From assembly GCA_013166775.1 (NCBI GenBank), contig JABLTJ010000016.1, positions 1 through 64,000 of the forward strand: a stretch of 64,000 nucleotides of DNA, read 5' to 3'. This document shows positions 38,243 through 48,532 of the stretch, in pieces. Every line of letters starts with the position of its first letter. Position 1 is the stretch's first letter. The position numbers were made by a program, and so were the translations under genes. The stretch comes from Promethearchaeati archaeon (GTDB lineage Archaea; Asgardarchaeota; Heimdallarchaeia; Heimdallarchaeales; Heimdallarchaeaceae). Under the pieces are notes generated by a model. That model ran no database searches. It worked only from the letters and a program-made list of their open reading frames with translations, and had not been told where the DNA came from.

Positions 38243-39016
38243 TCATTCGATGTTTAAATACCTTTTCAAGTTAGAATGGAGGATGTCTGAAATCTCTTCA
38301 TTTTCTATTTGTTTCCACTCGCTAATTTTCTCCAATACCCTTGGTATAAGAGCTGGTGATCCAATTATCCTCTCATCATCAATAGTGTATTTAACATTCC
38401 CATCAGATTCAGTTAAAATCTGATCCTTGGGTGTCGCTTTCAAAACTTCAATGTGAGACGAACCGGTTAGCACTGAGGGATTAATGCTGAAAAAGTATCC
38501 TCTATCTATAAATTGTGAGAGGATTTTCTTAGGTCCAGAGTACCAATGCATCAAGACATTATTTGGTGGAATTTTAAATGATGTAAGTGTTTCAGCGACA
38601 ACCCCTTCTGCTCCTTTTCCATGGATGTTGACTGGTATTCCGTGTTTTTCTGAAAGCCCTAAGAAGAATTTGAAATATTCTTCTTGGATTGGATAATATT
38701 CTTCTTTATCAATAAAATGACAATCTAAACCGATTTCTCCCAAGACCACATTTTTATTATCTAGAATAAGTAATTCAAAGTTCTCCTTAATTTCTTCAGT
38801 TAATTTTCTCTTCGCGCTCCATGGATGAACGCCGATTCCTGGAACAATTTGATTAAATTTGGAATGAAGTTCAATACTCCTTAGACTTTCCTTATATTTA
38901 GTAGCAACACTTATTACGACTTCTAAACCTTCTGAAATCCACCTTTCCATGTAATTTTCAATATCCATATAGAAGTAATTCTTAGGAAGGTGGCAATGAA
39001 CATCATGCAATTTCAT
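38243..39016 (-). CDS. tatD: TatD family deoxyribonuclease
   Basis: DVHCH, GVHP, GEIGLD, HWYSG, TESD. Confidence 0.93.
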   Translation of the reverse strand: MKLHDVHCHLPKNYFYMDIENYMERWISEGLEVVISVATKYKESLRSIELHSKFNQIVPGIGVHPWSAKRKLTEEIKENFELLILDNKNVVLGEIGLDCHFIDKEEYYPIQEEYFKFFLGLSEKHGIPVNIHGKGAEGVVAETLTSFKIPPNNVLMHWYSGPKKILSQFIDRGYFFSINPSVLTGSSHIEVLKATPKDQILTESDGNVKYTIDDERIIGSPALIPRVLEKISEWKQIENEEISDILHSNLKRYLNIE

Positions 39017-39067
39017 TAAATAAACTTGAAACATATCGTTTATATTTTTCACGTATATTGTTTTTTT

Positions 39068-39262
39068 ATGGACAAAGACATATTACCTCTAGAAGAAAGA
39101 GTGAAAAAACTTGAACAAGAGGTGGAGCAATTACGTGGATTGCTAGAATCACACATCAGAAAACATGGATTTCCTCCCCCAATCCATCCTGATCCAACAA
39201 AACCTTCCAAAAAACCTTTCGAACCAGGTCACCCTGATGTAGGTCCACCTAAGGAATATTAA
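39068..39262 (+). CDS. Small coiled-coil + proline-rich protein
   Basis: LEERVKKLEQEVEQLRGLL heptads followed by a Pro-rich tail. ATG 39068 avoids overlap with tatD. Confidence 0.6.
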   Translation: MDKDILPLEERVKKLEQEVEQLRGLLESHIRKHGFPPPIHPDPTKPSKKPFEPGHPDVGPPKEY

Positions 39263-39285
39263 TAATCTGAAATTTTGCATTATGG

Positions 39286-40116
39286 GTGAACAAGATGGCA
39301 AAGAAAGAAGACTTCGATATGATGGTACGGAGGATGATAAACGGCAGTGATGTTGTTGTCGAAGTTATAGACGCGCGTTTTCCCAGTCTTTCAAGAGCCA
39401 AAAGATATGAAAATAGGGTTTTGAAAAATAGATCAAAAAAACTGTTTGTTGCAATGAACAAGGTTGATCTTGTTCCAAATAAAGTAGTTCAGAAATGGAA
39501 ATCAATACTAAATAAGGAGGGAATATATGTTATACCTACTTCAGCAAGGGAAAGGCTGAGTACCACAATTTTGAGAAATTCAATAATTAGTGCTGTAGGA
39601 AAGGATTTCTTTTATATTACCGCTTGTTTCATTGGTCTTCCGAATACAGGTAAGAGTTCTCTAATCAACATCCTAAAAGGAAGATCTAGCGCTCCAGTAT
39701 CCCCAATTCCCGGATTTACAAGAGCTTTACAAGTCCTAAGGATTACAACAAGGTTAAGGATTTTTGATACTCCTGGTGTGATTCCTATAAAACTATCCTT
39801 AGCAAATCAGGTTCTACTTGGGGTTATACGACCAGAGAAACTACCAGATTACATGAAAGCTGCTTGGGCATTAGTCCATAAAATAGATCAGCTTAATCCA
39901 GGAATACTCTCTGAAACATATGAAATAGAATATGATTCACCTCCAGAATTTCTCGAAAAATTTGCAGAAAAAAGGCATAAGAGAAAGAAGGGTGGAGGAT
40001 TAGACTTGGAGACTGCTGCAGTAATTTTTATGAATGAACATATAAACAAGGCAAGAATCCCAGTTTGGGAAAATCCTGATGATTATTTACTAAATAAAGA
40101 AAAAGAGGAAATCTAA
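39286..40116 (+). CDS. Circularly permuted ribosome-biogenesis GTPase (RbgA/YlqF/Nog2-like)
   Basis: DAR, G4 NKVD and G5 SAR precede G1 GLPNTGKSS, then PGFT and G3 DTPG. Confidence 0.93.
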   Translation: MNKMAKKEDFDMMVRRMINGSDVVVEVIDARFPSLSRAKRYENRVLKNRSKKLFVAMNKVDLVPNKVVQKWKSILNKEGIYVIPTSARERLSTTILRNSIISAVGKDFFYITACFIGLPNTGKSSLINILKGRSSAPVSPIPGFTRALQVLRITTRLRIFDTPGVIPIKLSLANQVLLGVIRPEKLPDYMKAAWALVHKIDQLNPGILSETYEIEYDSPPEFLEKFAEKRHKRKKGGGLDLETAAVIFMNEHINKARIPVWENPDDYLLNKEKEEI

Positions 40117-41213
40117 GTTTCCTTCTTTTTAATTTTATACTTGTATAAAAGCAAGAACGTAACAGAGAGTACAATTACAGTTAGTGGGACTCCAATATAA
40201 ATCCCAAGATAATTTGATTTTTGCGATTTACTTACTTCAAAAACCAAACTTCCTGTAACACTTCCTCCAGCTATATAAAGAAAATTATCTTTAAAATCAA
40301 TATCGTGTGCTGCTGAAACTCCTTGTCTTTGTTCTGCTATTTTAGTAATGGTTGGTAAACTACTGATGTTAAGATATTCAACCCCATAGTTGTCTGCGAC
40401 ATAAAGATGAGTGCTATTACCTACAACCCCTTGAGCTTCACCCTCATCATCATCTGTGTGTAAGCCTAGTAAAATAGGATTAGAAGGAGTGGAGATATCA
40501 AAAACCAAAACATTACTAGAATAACACCCAACAAACAGTAGATTTTCAAATGCTGATATACCAGTCGCTCCATCAGTAGCACTCAAAGTACTTACTTTTT
40601 GCGGAGCTGAAGGAATTGTCACATTTAGGACATTAACCCTAGAATTTGGATTAGCAACATAAGCAAAATTATCCCTAACAACAACACCATCAGCTCGACC
40701 ATCAAGAGAATATTCACCAATTTTTGTTGGATTAGTTAAATCAGTAACATCAAAAATCTGTAATCCATTTTCATAGTTTGAAATATACGCATAATCACCT
40801 GATACATAGACATTGTTACTTATACCTCCTCCATTTTCATGACCTAGAAGAGTTGGATTTGCAGGATCACTAACATCGGTTATAAATAATCCTTGACCCG
40901 CAGCAGCAACATAAGCTATGTCGTCTTTAACAAATATTCCAAAAGCACCACCATTTATCTCGAAATCACTAATTATCTTAGGTTTAGTTGGATTTTGGAT
41001 ATCAACAACTATGTAACCATCATTCCCAGTAATATAAGCATAATTACAATCAATATCAACGTCATATCCAACTCCTGATCCACCAATACTTGTAATTTTA
41101 TTTAGATAAAATTCAGTTTGTGCCTTAGATGAAAGCACAGCATAATTTAATAACAAGATTAATAACAGAATGAAAATTATCTGCTTACTACTATATAATT
41201 TAATTTTAGTCAT
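40113..41213 (-). CDS. Secreted LVIVD-repeat beta-propeller with C-terminal membrane anchor
   Basis: About 7 repeats of AYV....GL.I.DV.DP.NP. N-terminal signal and C-terminal TM followed by basic residues. Confidence 0.88.
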   Translation of the reverse strand: MTKIKLYSSKQIIFILLLILLLNYAVLSSKAQTEFYLNKITSIGGSGVGYDVDIDCNYAYITGNDGYIVVDIQNPTKPKIISDFEINGGAFGIFVKDDIAYVAAAGQGLFITDVSDPANPTLLGHENGGGISNNVYVSGDYAYISNYENGLQIFDVTDLTNPTKIGEYSLDGRADGVVVRDNFAYVANPNSRVNVLNVTIPSAPQKVSTLSATDGATGISAFENLLFVGCYSSNVLVFDISTPSNPILLGLHTDDDEGEAQGVVGNSTHLYVADNYGVEYLNISSLPTITKIAEQRQGVSAAHDIDFKDNFLYIAGGSVTGSLVFEVSKSQKSNYLGIYIGVPLTVIVLSVTFLLLYKYKIKKKET

Positions 41214-41294
41214 ACAAATTCTCCAAAGATTCTCTTTCACGTTTTACTTTAGACACTTATAAATTTACCAAATCTGAGAAGAGATTATCTTTTT

Positions 41295-42323
41295 TTACAG
41301 TTTCAATCCTAGTAGATGCATGGTCTCTATATCAACAAAACCGTGTTTTTCGCAAATTGTTTTTTGATTTTCATCAGCTGTTTGAAACTCAACAATCACG
41401 TTTTGTTCAATTGTTAAGCTCTCTTTTATGAACTCCAATGCATAAGTTAGCATCGGTTCTATTAGCTTTGCATTATGTTTGGGGTCAACCATCAAATCTA
41501 ATCTGTGAGGGATTCCTTCTTTTTTACTAAGATTTACATAAATTGTTCCAACTAATTTTTCATCTTTATAAATTGACCAAGTTTTGGTATTTGGTTTAAG
41601 AACTAATCTTGCTATTGGTCTTATAATCCTAATCAACAGAGGTCTGAAATATCTGCTTTTTTGAACTGGATGAAAGATTTGTACCTCTTCTGGTGTTGAT
41701 TTGAGATCAAGTTCATATCTTTCTTTGTTAGTTTTCTTATTTCGTTCTAGTTCTTGTAATTGATATTCTTTAGGCAATTCAACTAGTTTAACTGAGGATA
41801 ATTGGTCGGGTTCTAGTTTCTGTCTAGTATTTGTGTCATAATGAACAAAATCTAGACTTTTATACAGTTTGTATGCTGGTTCGTTAATATCAAGAACCTC
41901 AAGAATGCACATTTTTGCACCAAGTTTCTTGGAATGTTCAATTGCTTCATTTACTAACTTCCTAGCAAACCCTCTCCTTCTATAATCTGGATGCGTTGCT
42001 ACCATACTAATCTCATATTTGTCTTCTAAGCTATATCCTACATTAACAGAAGCTATTATTTCTCCTTGTGAATCTTCAATAATAAACCCATCAAGAACAT
42101 GTTTATAGTTCTTAGAGAAAAAACCCATGAAATTTAGGAAGGGTTTTAAAGATTTAAACTCTTCAAAAATGTTTCTTGCTTCCAATCCTTTCATCTGAAG
42201 TTCGTTTTCAAAAACAACTTCTAAAAGGGAAGTGACTCTTTCATAATCTGTCTCAAAATTCCAATTCCTTAATGAGAACTCTTCCTCTCCTACTTGAAAT
42301 TTTCGTGTGTTTTCTTCATTCAT
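41295..42323 (-). CDS. GNAT acetyltransferase (tandem domain)
   Basis: VATHPDYRRRGFA, N.PA..LY..L.F, plus a degenerate second GNAT domain. Confidence 0.88.
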   Translation of the reverse strand: MNEENTRKFQVGEEEFSLRNWNFETDYERVTSLLEVVFENELQMKGLEARNIFEEFKSLKPFLNFMGFFSKNYKHVLDGFIIEDSQGEIIASVNVGYSLEDKYEISMVATHPDYRRRGFARKLVNEAIEHSKKLGAKMCILEVLDINEPAYKLYKSLDFVHYDTNTRQKLEPDQLSSVKLVELPKEYQLQELERNKKTNKERYELDLKSTPEEVQIFHPVQKSRYFRPLLIRIIRPIARLVLKPNTKTWSIYKDEKLVGTIYVNLSKKEGIPHRLDLMVDPKHNAKLIEPMLTYALEFIKESLTIEQNVIVEFQTADENQKTICEKHGFVDIETMHLLGLKL

Positions 42324-42478
42324 TTTAATCACAATTGCTCGATATTTGATGATGTTATTAATTTGATTATCAAATCTACTTCCACACCTATTGATAAATG
42401 TTTTGATTATCAAACTAATTTGATGATTAAATTTATAAGGGTAAAAAATAATGATTTACTATATATGGAGATGCTTTA

Positions 42479-43270
42479 ATGAGTAAATCAGATAAATTAG
42501 AAGTAGAATTTAAGGGATTAAAAGCTGTAGATCCTAAAATATTGGAAAGAGTAAATGATGTTTTCAAAGTTGGAACAAAACATGCAATTCTAATGGTAAT
42601 AAAGAATTTTGGCTCTTCGAATATCAAAAAACTAGCAAAGATTCTAGGAAAAAATGAAGCAACTATATATCATCATGTACAAGATTTAACAGACGATAGC
42701 GAACAAAAGTCTAAGCTACTTCAGATAGATGAAGAAAAAACTCGAAACAACAAGGGTATCTTCTACAAACTAACAAAAGTCGCAGAGAGACATTTTGGGC
42801 AACCTCCTGTTGAGGTAATGGAAACAAAATTAGTCGAAGCATATGAGAAAATATTAGAACAATCAGATGAGGAGCTTTATCGTATTTATATGGAACTGCT
42901 TGCCAATCATCCAGATATTGGAAATCAAGCAAATAAAGCGAGAAGAAGTCTTTCTTATAATCATATTCTCGAAAGTATTATGGTTAACAATCTTGAACGT
43001 GCAGAGAAAGCTTTTCTGGAAAATAAAAAACCAAAGAATCCTAATCATCCTCTAGGTAGTATAGCAAATTTTCCGCTGGATTTGAGAATTTCAAAACCTA
43101 GACATATTTTTGAGATTCTAAAGTTATTTAACGAGATGTCAGTTCAATTCTACGGATTAAAGGAAAAATTCGAAAAAGAGATGGATAAAGAAAGAATACC
43201 TGAAGAGAATCGCATTAATATTCATTACCATGTTATTGGTGGTGAAATAGCAGAATTCGAATTTGAATAA
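42479..43270 (+). CDS. ArsR-like winged-helix transcriptional regulator
   Basis: SNIKKLAKILGKNEATIYHHVQDL...FYKLT. Divergent from the GNAT gene. Confidence 0.8.
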   Translation: MSKSDKLEVEFKGLKAVDPKILERVNDVFKVGTKHAILMVIKNFGSSNIKKLAKILGKNEATIYHHVQDLTDDSEQKSKLLQIDEEKTRNNKGIFYKLTKVAERHFGQPPVEVMETKLVEAYEKILEQSDEELYRIYMELLANHPDIGNQANKARRSLSYNHILESIMVNNLERAEKAFLENKKPKNPNHPLGSIANFPLDLRISKPRHIFEILKLFNEMSVQFYGLKEKFEKEMDKERIPEENRINIHYHVIGGEIAEFEFE

Positions 43271-43300
43271 TTACAAAAATAAAAGAAAGAAAAAAGAGAA

Positions 43301-44470
43301 TTAATCTTCTCTTCGCCATCCCCACTTCTTAGTATCGTAGAAGGGTAATTTAACGACTTTAGCTCTAACTTGATTCTTACGAATTTGGACTAAAACTTCA
43401 GTTTCTGGTTCAGCATACTTAATGTCAATATAAGCCATACCAATACCTACGTTACCAATAACAGGGGAACGAACACCATTGACCATGTGACCAATTTTTT
43501 CTCCAGCAGGATTAAGGACATCATAATCAGCCCTTGGAATACCTTTATCTAATAATTTTATTCCAACATGTTTGATTTTAACACCTTCATTCTTAGCTTT
43601 TAGGATAGCTTCTTTACCAAAGAAGAATGGTTCTTTATCATGCTTGCAGAACATTTTGAAGTCGTAACCAGTTTCAACAGGGTTGACTCCTTCATGAATA
43701 TCCTCACCATAAAGTGGTAAACCTGCTTCAATTCTTAGTGCATCTCGAGCACCTAGACCACAAAGAGCTATTCCAACTTCTTTACCAGCTTCTAAAATGG
43801 CATTCCAAACCTTGATTCCCTTTTCAGGATTTTGTAGATCAGAATTAAAAATTACTACTTCAAAACCATTCTCACCAGTATAACCTGTGCCAGTGAATAA
43901 GCATTTGCATCCTTCAACTTCAGCTTCAATCATCTGCCATCTTCCTGTGTCAGGAACACCCAAATTATCTAAAATTACTTTGTAATTTGGTCCTTGAACA
44001 GCAAACATAGTTGTTTCCAGAGTCCAATCTTTGAACTCAAGAGGTTCTCCGGTGAATTCCTCAAAAATCTTAACAAATTGACCGATCCAAGCTAAGACCT
44101 TTGTAGTTTGATCACCTGCATTGCAAACATTGAAGAACTCAGTTTCACTTTTCTTTCCTATAATTGTATCATCTCTATAACCACCGTTCTCATTAAGATA
44201 ATAGGTGTAACCACATTTCATGTCTAACATAGCAGATATATCTCTTGGTGTGAGAAGTTCCATTAATTTAGAGGCATACTTGCCTTTTAAGGAGTAACGA
44301 CCCATGTCAGTCACTTCGACAATAGATACATTCTCTCGTGTTGCCATGATTTCGTCATCTATTCCAGTATAGGAGACTGGAAGATAATATCCTGCAAAAT
44401 CAATCATTCTGGCTCCAGCATCTTCATGGACTTTCCACATAGGAGTTTTTACTAATTTACCCATAAGCAT
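43301..44470 (-). CDS. gcvT: Glycine cleavage system aminomethyltransferase T
   Basis: FAGY.LPV.Y, DD, AVQGP, TGYTGE.GFE, GLGARD.LR.EAG.PLYG. Confidence 0.96.
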   Translation of the reverse strand: MLMGKLVKTPMWKVHEDAGARMIDFAGYYLPVSYTGIDDEIMATRENVSIVEVTDMGRYSLKGKYASKLMELLTPRDISAMLDMKCGYTYYLNENGGYRDDTIIGKKSETEFFNVCNAGDQTTKVLAWIGQFVKIFEEFTGEPLEFKDWTLETTMFAVQGPNYKVILDNLGVPDTGRWQMIEAEVEGCKCLFTGTGYTGENGFEVVIFNSDLQNPEKGIKVWNAILEAGKEVGIALCGLGARDALRIEAGLPLYGEDIHEGVNPVETGYDFKMFCKHDKEPFFFGKEAILKAKNEGVKIKHVGIKLLDKGIPRADYDVLNPAGEKIGHMVNGVRSPVIGNVGIGMAYIDIKYAEPETEVLVQIRKNQVRAKVVKLPFYDTKKWGWRRED

Positions 44471-44634
44471 AACCTTCTGATTTGTTGTATTTACTGGTTT
44501 CGATTTTTTCTTTATAGATAAAAATGTTATCCATTGTAGATATATTTCTCAGCTGATGAAGATTCTTCTTTTGTTTTCAAAATACTCATTATCTTGAGAA
44601 ATCTTTTTCAATTTGTAGCTTTTTGAATAAAACT

Positions 44635-46008
44635 ATGCAACCCCCAGTAGAACCTTTTAAGATTAAAGTAGTAGAACCCGTCAAAATTCCTTCTGAAGAA
44701 AGAAGAAGAGAAGCAATAAGAGAAGCTGGTTTTAATACATTCCTGTTACTATCTGAAGATGTTTTTATCGACCTACTCACAGATTCTGGAACAGCTGCAA
44801 TGTCTGACAATCAATGGGCTGGTATGATGATAGGAGATGAAGCATATGCTGGAAGTAAGAATTTCTACAATCTTGAAAAAGCTGTGCAAGATGTTCTTGG
44901 TTACAAACATCTAGTTCCAACTCATCAAGGTAGAGGAGCTGAACATTTAATGTTCCAACATTTAGTAAAGGATGGACAAATAGTTCCAAGGAACATGTAC
45001 TTTACAACTTCTAAATTACATGTTGAAATTCCAGGTGGGAAAATGGTAGATTCTATCATAGATGAAGCTCATGATCCTGAAAATTTACATCCTTTTAAGG
45101 GAAATATGGACTTCAATAAATTACAAACATACATAGACGATTATGGCCTTGAGAAAATAGCTTTTGTGAGTGTTGAAATGAATGTTAACATGGCTGGAGG
45201 ACAACCTGTATCTATGGAAAATCTTCGAAAGCTAAGAGAATTTTGTGATGATTACAAACTAAAAATCATTTATGATGCAACTCGTTCTAGTGAAAATGCT
45301 TACTTCATTAGAGAAAGAGAAAAAGGCTATGAGGATACTCCTATTATCGAGATTTTAAGAGAGATGATGAGCTACTCTCATGGAAGTGTGTACAGTTCTA
45401 AGAAAGATTGTCTAGTCAATATAGGTGGATTCTTAGCAACAAATGACAAGGAAATATATGAAGCAACCAGAAATATGGTTGTTGTTTATGAAGGTCTTCA
45501 CACATATGGTGGAATGGCTGGACGAGATATGGAAGCAGTAGCTAGAGGTTTGAGGGAAGGTGCTGAATACGATTATCTGAAATACAGAGTAAACCAGGTT
45601 CGTTACTTAGGTGAATTGCTCATGAAAGCAAATGTTCCAATTGTGAAACCAACTGGTGGTCATGCAATTTTTCTCAATGCTCTCAAATTCCTACCTCATC
45701 TAACAAGAGAACAATGGCCAGCTCAAACCTTAGCTGGTGCAATATACGAAGATTCAGCTGTTAGATCCATGGAAAGAGGAGCTGTTTCTAAGGGAAGAGA
45801 TAAAGAAACAGGAGAGAATATTTTTCCTCCTTTGGAATTGGTCCGATTGACAATTCCCAGAAGAGTTTACACAAATACACACATAGAATATACAGCAAAA
45901 TCCATAGTTAATCTATATGAAAAGAGAGACAATATTCCCGGATTGGAAATGGTCTACGAACCAAAATACCTTAGATTCTTCCAGGCAAGATTCGAGCAAA
46001 TAAAATAA
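44635..46008 (+). CDS. tpl: Tyrosine phenol-lyase (beta-eliminating lyase family)
   Basis: DLLTDSGT, GDEAY, HQGRGAE, SKKD PLP Lys. YFTT and RFF are TPL-type, whereas tryptophanase has FDTT and RHF. Confidence 0.85.
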   Translation: MQPPVEPFKIKVVEPVKIPSEERRREAIREAGFNTFLLLSEDVFIDLLTDSGTAAMSDNQWAGMMIGDEAYAGSKNFYNLEKAVQDVLGYKHLVPTHQGRGAEHLMFQHLVKDGQIVPRNMYFTTSKLHVEIPGGKMVDSIIDEAHDPENLHPFKGNMDFNKLQTYIDDYGLEKIAFVSVEMNVNMAGGQPVSMENLRKLREFCDDYKLKIIYDATRSSENAYFIREREKGYEDTPIIEILREMMSYSHGSVYSSKKDCLVNIGGFLATNDKEIYEATRNMVVVYEGLHTYGGMAGRDMEAVARGLREGAEYDYLKYRVNQVRYLGELLMKANVPIVKPTGGHAIFLNALKFLPHLTREQWPAQTLAGAIYEDSAVRSMERGAVSKGRDKETGENIFPPLELVRLTIPRRVYTNTHIEYTAKSIVNLYEKRDNIPGLEMVYEPKYLRFFQARFEQIK

Positions 46009-46042
46009 TAAAAAACAAGATTTGAGCTATTTCTAAATTGAA

Positions 46043-47419
46043 CTAATAGCTGAATCTATATCTTTTGCTTTTTCCTCTATGACTATCCATAAAGATTTTT
46101 TCTCCATCAAGTCCCTCCACAAATTCCATTTCTTGCCCTGGTGAAGCAAATGGAAATTCTTTTGGGGCAACAAACTTATGTCCTTCTTTATGATCATAAG
46201 TTGCCATAAATTCTACTGGATTTTCATCTCGTGGACCAAGGCCAACTAATTTAGGTCCTATCTGACTGAAAAGTGAAATACCCCAATCTGAAGAATAAAA
46301 TCCAATAATATCTTTAAAATCAGGAACTGGTTTATCTTTTTCAAGTTTGAATTTTTCCTTTTCCTTTTTCAAATGAGCTAGTATTCCGTTGATCCCTAAT
46401 GCAAGAGTTACAGCTGGACCATCAACTGCATTTGTAAGTACAACTATGACAACCTTGTCTTTTTGGGAGAGTCCAGATTGTGTAATAAACCCTGGATAAC
46501 CACCACCATGTCCAACAATTTTAGTAGTTTCTATTTTACCTCCTTTTGCTTCTAGGATACCGAAACCTATTCCCCTATCAACTGTTTTATCTTTAAATTG
46601 AACTCTTTGCATTTCACGTTTTATGTAATCTGGGAATAGAACATCGTTTTCGAAGATGTGAGCTCTATAAAACTTGATTAAATCTTCAACATTGCTACTT
46701 AATCCGGTAGCAGAATGCATTATTTTAGCAGGTGTGTGCTTGGCAGTTTCTCTCTCCTTTCTTGGAAATTTGATTTTATGTCCAGTAGCATGTCTAGGTA
46801 GGTTGGTTTCATCGATATCAACAATTGTGTTCTTCATCTCCAAAGGATCAAAAATTTCTTTTTGTATATATTCAGCGTAGCTTTGACCTGAAACAGCCTC
46901 TATTACCTGACCAAGGACTGTAAATCCAAAATTCGAATACTTTACTAATTCACTAGTCCCAAAAAAACTTATTCCTTCTAGTGTTTGAGATTTTATCTCT
47001 TCAATTCCTGGGAATTCTAGAGTACTCCAATGAGCAGTTTTTCCATCACGCGTCATACCACTTGTATGTGTAAGTAAATGTCGAATTCGTACTTGTTGTA
47101 GGTTCTTATCGTTTTCAGAAGAAAACCATGGTAGATGTTTGGAAACTTTATCATCTATTGATAGTTTTTCTTCATGATAGAGTTTCATAATAGCAGTCGC
47201 AGTAAACAATTTAGAATGTGAAGCAATACGAAATAGATGTTGATCCGTCAACTTTGTTTTTTCCTCTAAATTTGCATAACCATATTCTCTCTTGAAAATA
47301 ATTTCATCTTCAACAAAAATCCCCACTGCTACACCCGGAATCTCTTTAAAATAAACCTGAAAATCAAGCCAGTTATCTATAAGATGTAGAGCTTGCTTAA
47401 ACATCTCTTTCTTAGACAT
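46043..47419 (-). CDS. Serine hydrolase, beta-lactamase class C/peptidase family
   Basis: IASHSK (SxxK), LLTHTSG, YSN, HGG. Confidence 0.92.
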   Translation of the reverse strand: MSKKEMFKQALHLIDNWLDFQVYFKEIPGVAVGIFVEDEIIFKREYGYANLEEKTKLTDQHLFRIASHSKLFTATAIMKLYHEEKLSIDDKVSKHLPWFSSENDKNLQQVRIRHLLTHTSGMTRDGKTAHWSTLEFPGIEEIKSQTLEGISFFGTSELVKYSNFGFTVLGQVIEAVSGQSYAEYIQKEIFDPLEMKNTIVDIDETNLPRHATGHKIKFPRKERETAKHTPAKIMHSATGLSSNVEDLIKFYRAHIFENDVLFPDYIKREMQRVQFKDKTVDRGIGFGILEAKGGKIETTKIVGHGGGYPGFITQSGLSQKDKVVIVVLTNAVDGPAVTLALGINGILAHLKKEKEKFKLEKDKPVPDFKDIIGFYSSDWGISLFSQIGPKLVGLGPRDENPVEFMATYDHKEGHKFVAPKEFPFASPGQEMEFVEGLDGEKIFMDSHRGKSKRYRFSY

Positions 47420-47450
47420 AACTTGAAAAAGAACAGTACATTAAAAACTA

Positions 47451-48410
47451 TTATTGTCTCTCATTTTTTTTATTTAACGCGAGGATGGAAATGAATTCAT
47501 AAATAATGTTAGAGGCTAATAACGATGTGATTTCAGAAGGATCAAAAGAAGGTAAAACTTCTACAAGATCGAATCCAGTAAAGTTCAATCCTTCCAATCC
47601 CCTTACAAGCTTAAGTGTTTCCCCACTTGTGAACCCCCCAATTTCTGGTGTTCCTGTTCCTGGAGCATAGGCAGGATCTACAAAATCAATATCAAAGGTA
47701 AGAAACACCTTTGTGCTTCCTATTCTATTCTTGATTCTTTCTATAGTTTTTTCGATACTGCTTTCTCTTATTTCTTCAGTTGTTATTACCTCAAAACCTA
47801 ACTCTTTAGGAATTTTCAGATGGTTTTCCGAGTAAATTGATCCACGTAATCCAACTTGAATAGAATGGTCAGCATCTAGAAGATTTTCTTCAACAGCTCT
47901 TCGAAAGGGTGTTCCATGATTATATGGTTTACCAAAATACTCATCCACTGTGTCGCTATGGGAGTCGAAGTGTAACAAACTCACAGGTCCATGCTTTTTA
48001 ACCACAGCTCTTAATTCTGGCAAGGTGATTGCATGATCTCCTCCTAAAAGAATCGGAACTACACCTGCATCAACAATAGGAAGGAGGTTTTCTTCAATTC
48101 TCTTATATCCTTCTTCTATATACCCTGGAACAACAGGTAAATCTCCAAAATCTATACCTGAGAGATATTCAAAAGGACTGATGTTCAAAACTGGGTTATG
48201 GTGCCTAAGTAAAGCTGATACTTTTCTAATTGCAGCTGGTCCCTCTCTTTGTCCTGTCCTAAAAGATGCTCCTGCGTCTGAAGGCACACCTATAATTGCA
48301 AAATCAACTCCTTTAAGTTTCTTAATATATGGTAATCTCATGAACGTTTTAATTCCTGAAAATCTGGGGTATTTTATAGGATCAACTGGCTTATATTTAT
48401 TCATCATCAA
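47451..48410 (-). CDS. speB: Agmatinase / ureohydrolase
   Basis: PRFSG..TFMRLP, GGDH, DSHSD, DIDFVDP..APGTGTPE.GG. Confidence 0.85.
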   Translation of the reverse strand: MMMNKYKPVDPIKYPRFSGIKTFMRLPYIKKLKGVDFAIIGVPSDAGASFRTGQREGPAAIRKVSALLRHHNPVLNISPFEYLSGIDFGDLPVVPGYIEEGYKRIEENLLPIVDAGVVPILLGGDHAITLPELRAVVKKHGPVSLLHFDSHSDTVDEYFGKPYNHGTPFRRAVEENLLDADHSIQVGLRGSIYSENHLKIPKELGFEVITTEEIRESSIEKTIERIKNRIGSTKVFLTFDIDFVDPAYAPGTGTPEIGGFTSGETLKLVRGLEGLNFTGFDLVEVLPSFDPSEITSLLASNIIYEFISILALNKKNERQ

Positions 48411-48532
48411 TCACTTAATACAAAATAAGATAATTTTTCTTACTTATATAATATTCGAGAAATCTGAGATTAGAATAAGATTAAAGAAAAGAAAATTAAA
48501 GATGAGTTTAATAGCTCATCCCTATTACATTG

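Noticed and set aside
47451-48410. Formimidoylglutamase HutG
   Set aside because: The sequence pattern is agmatinase-like and it is not adjacent to hut genes. This cannot be excluded without an assay.
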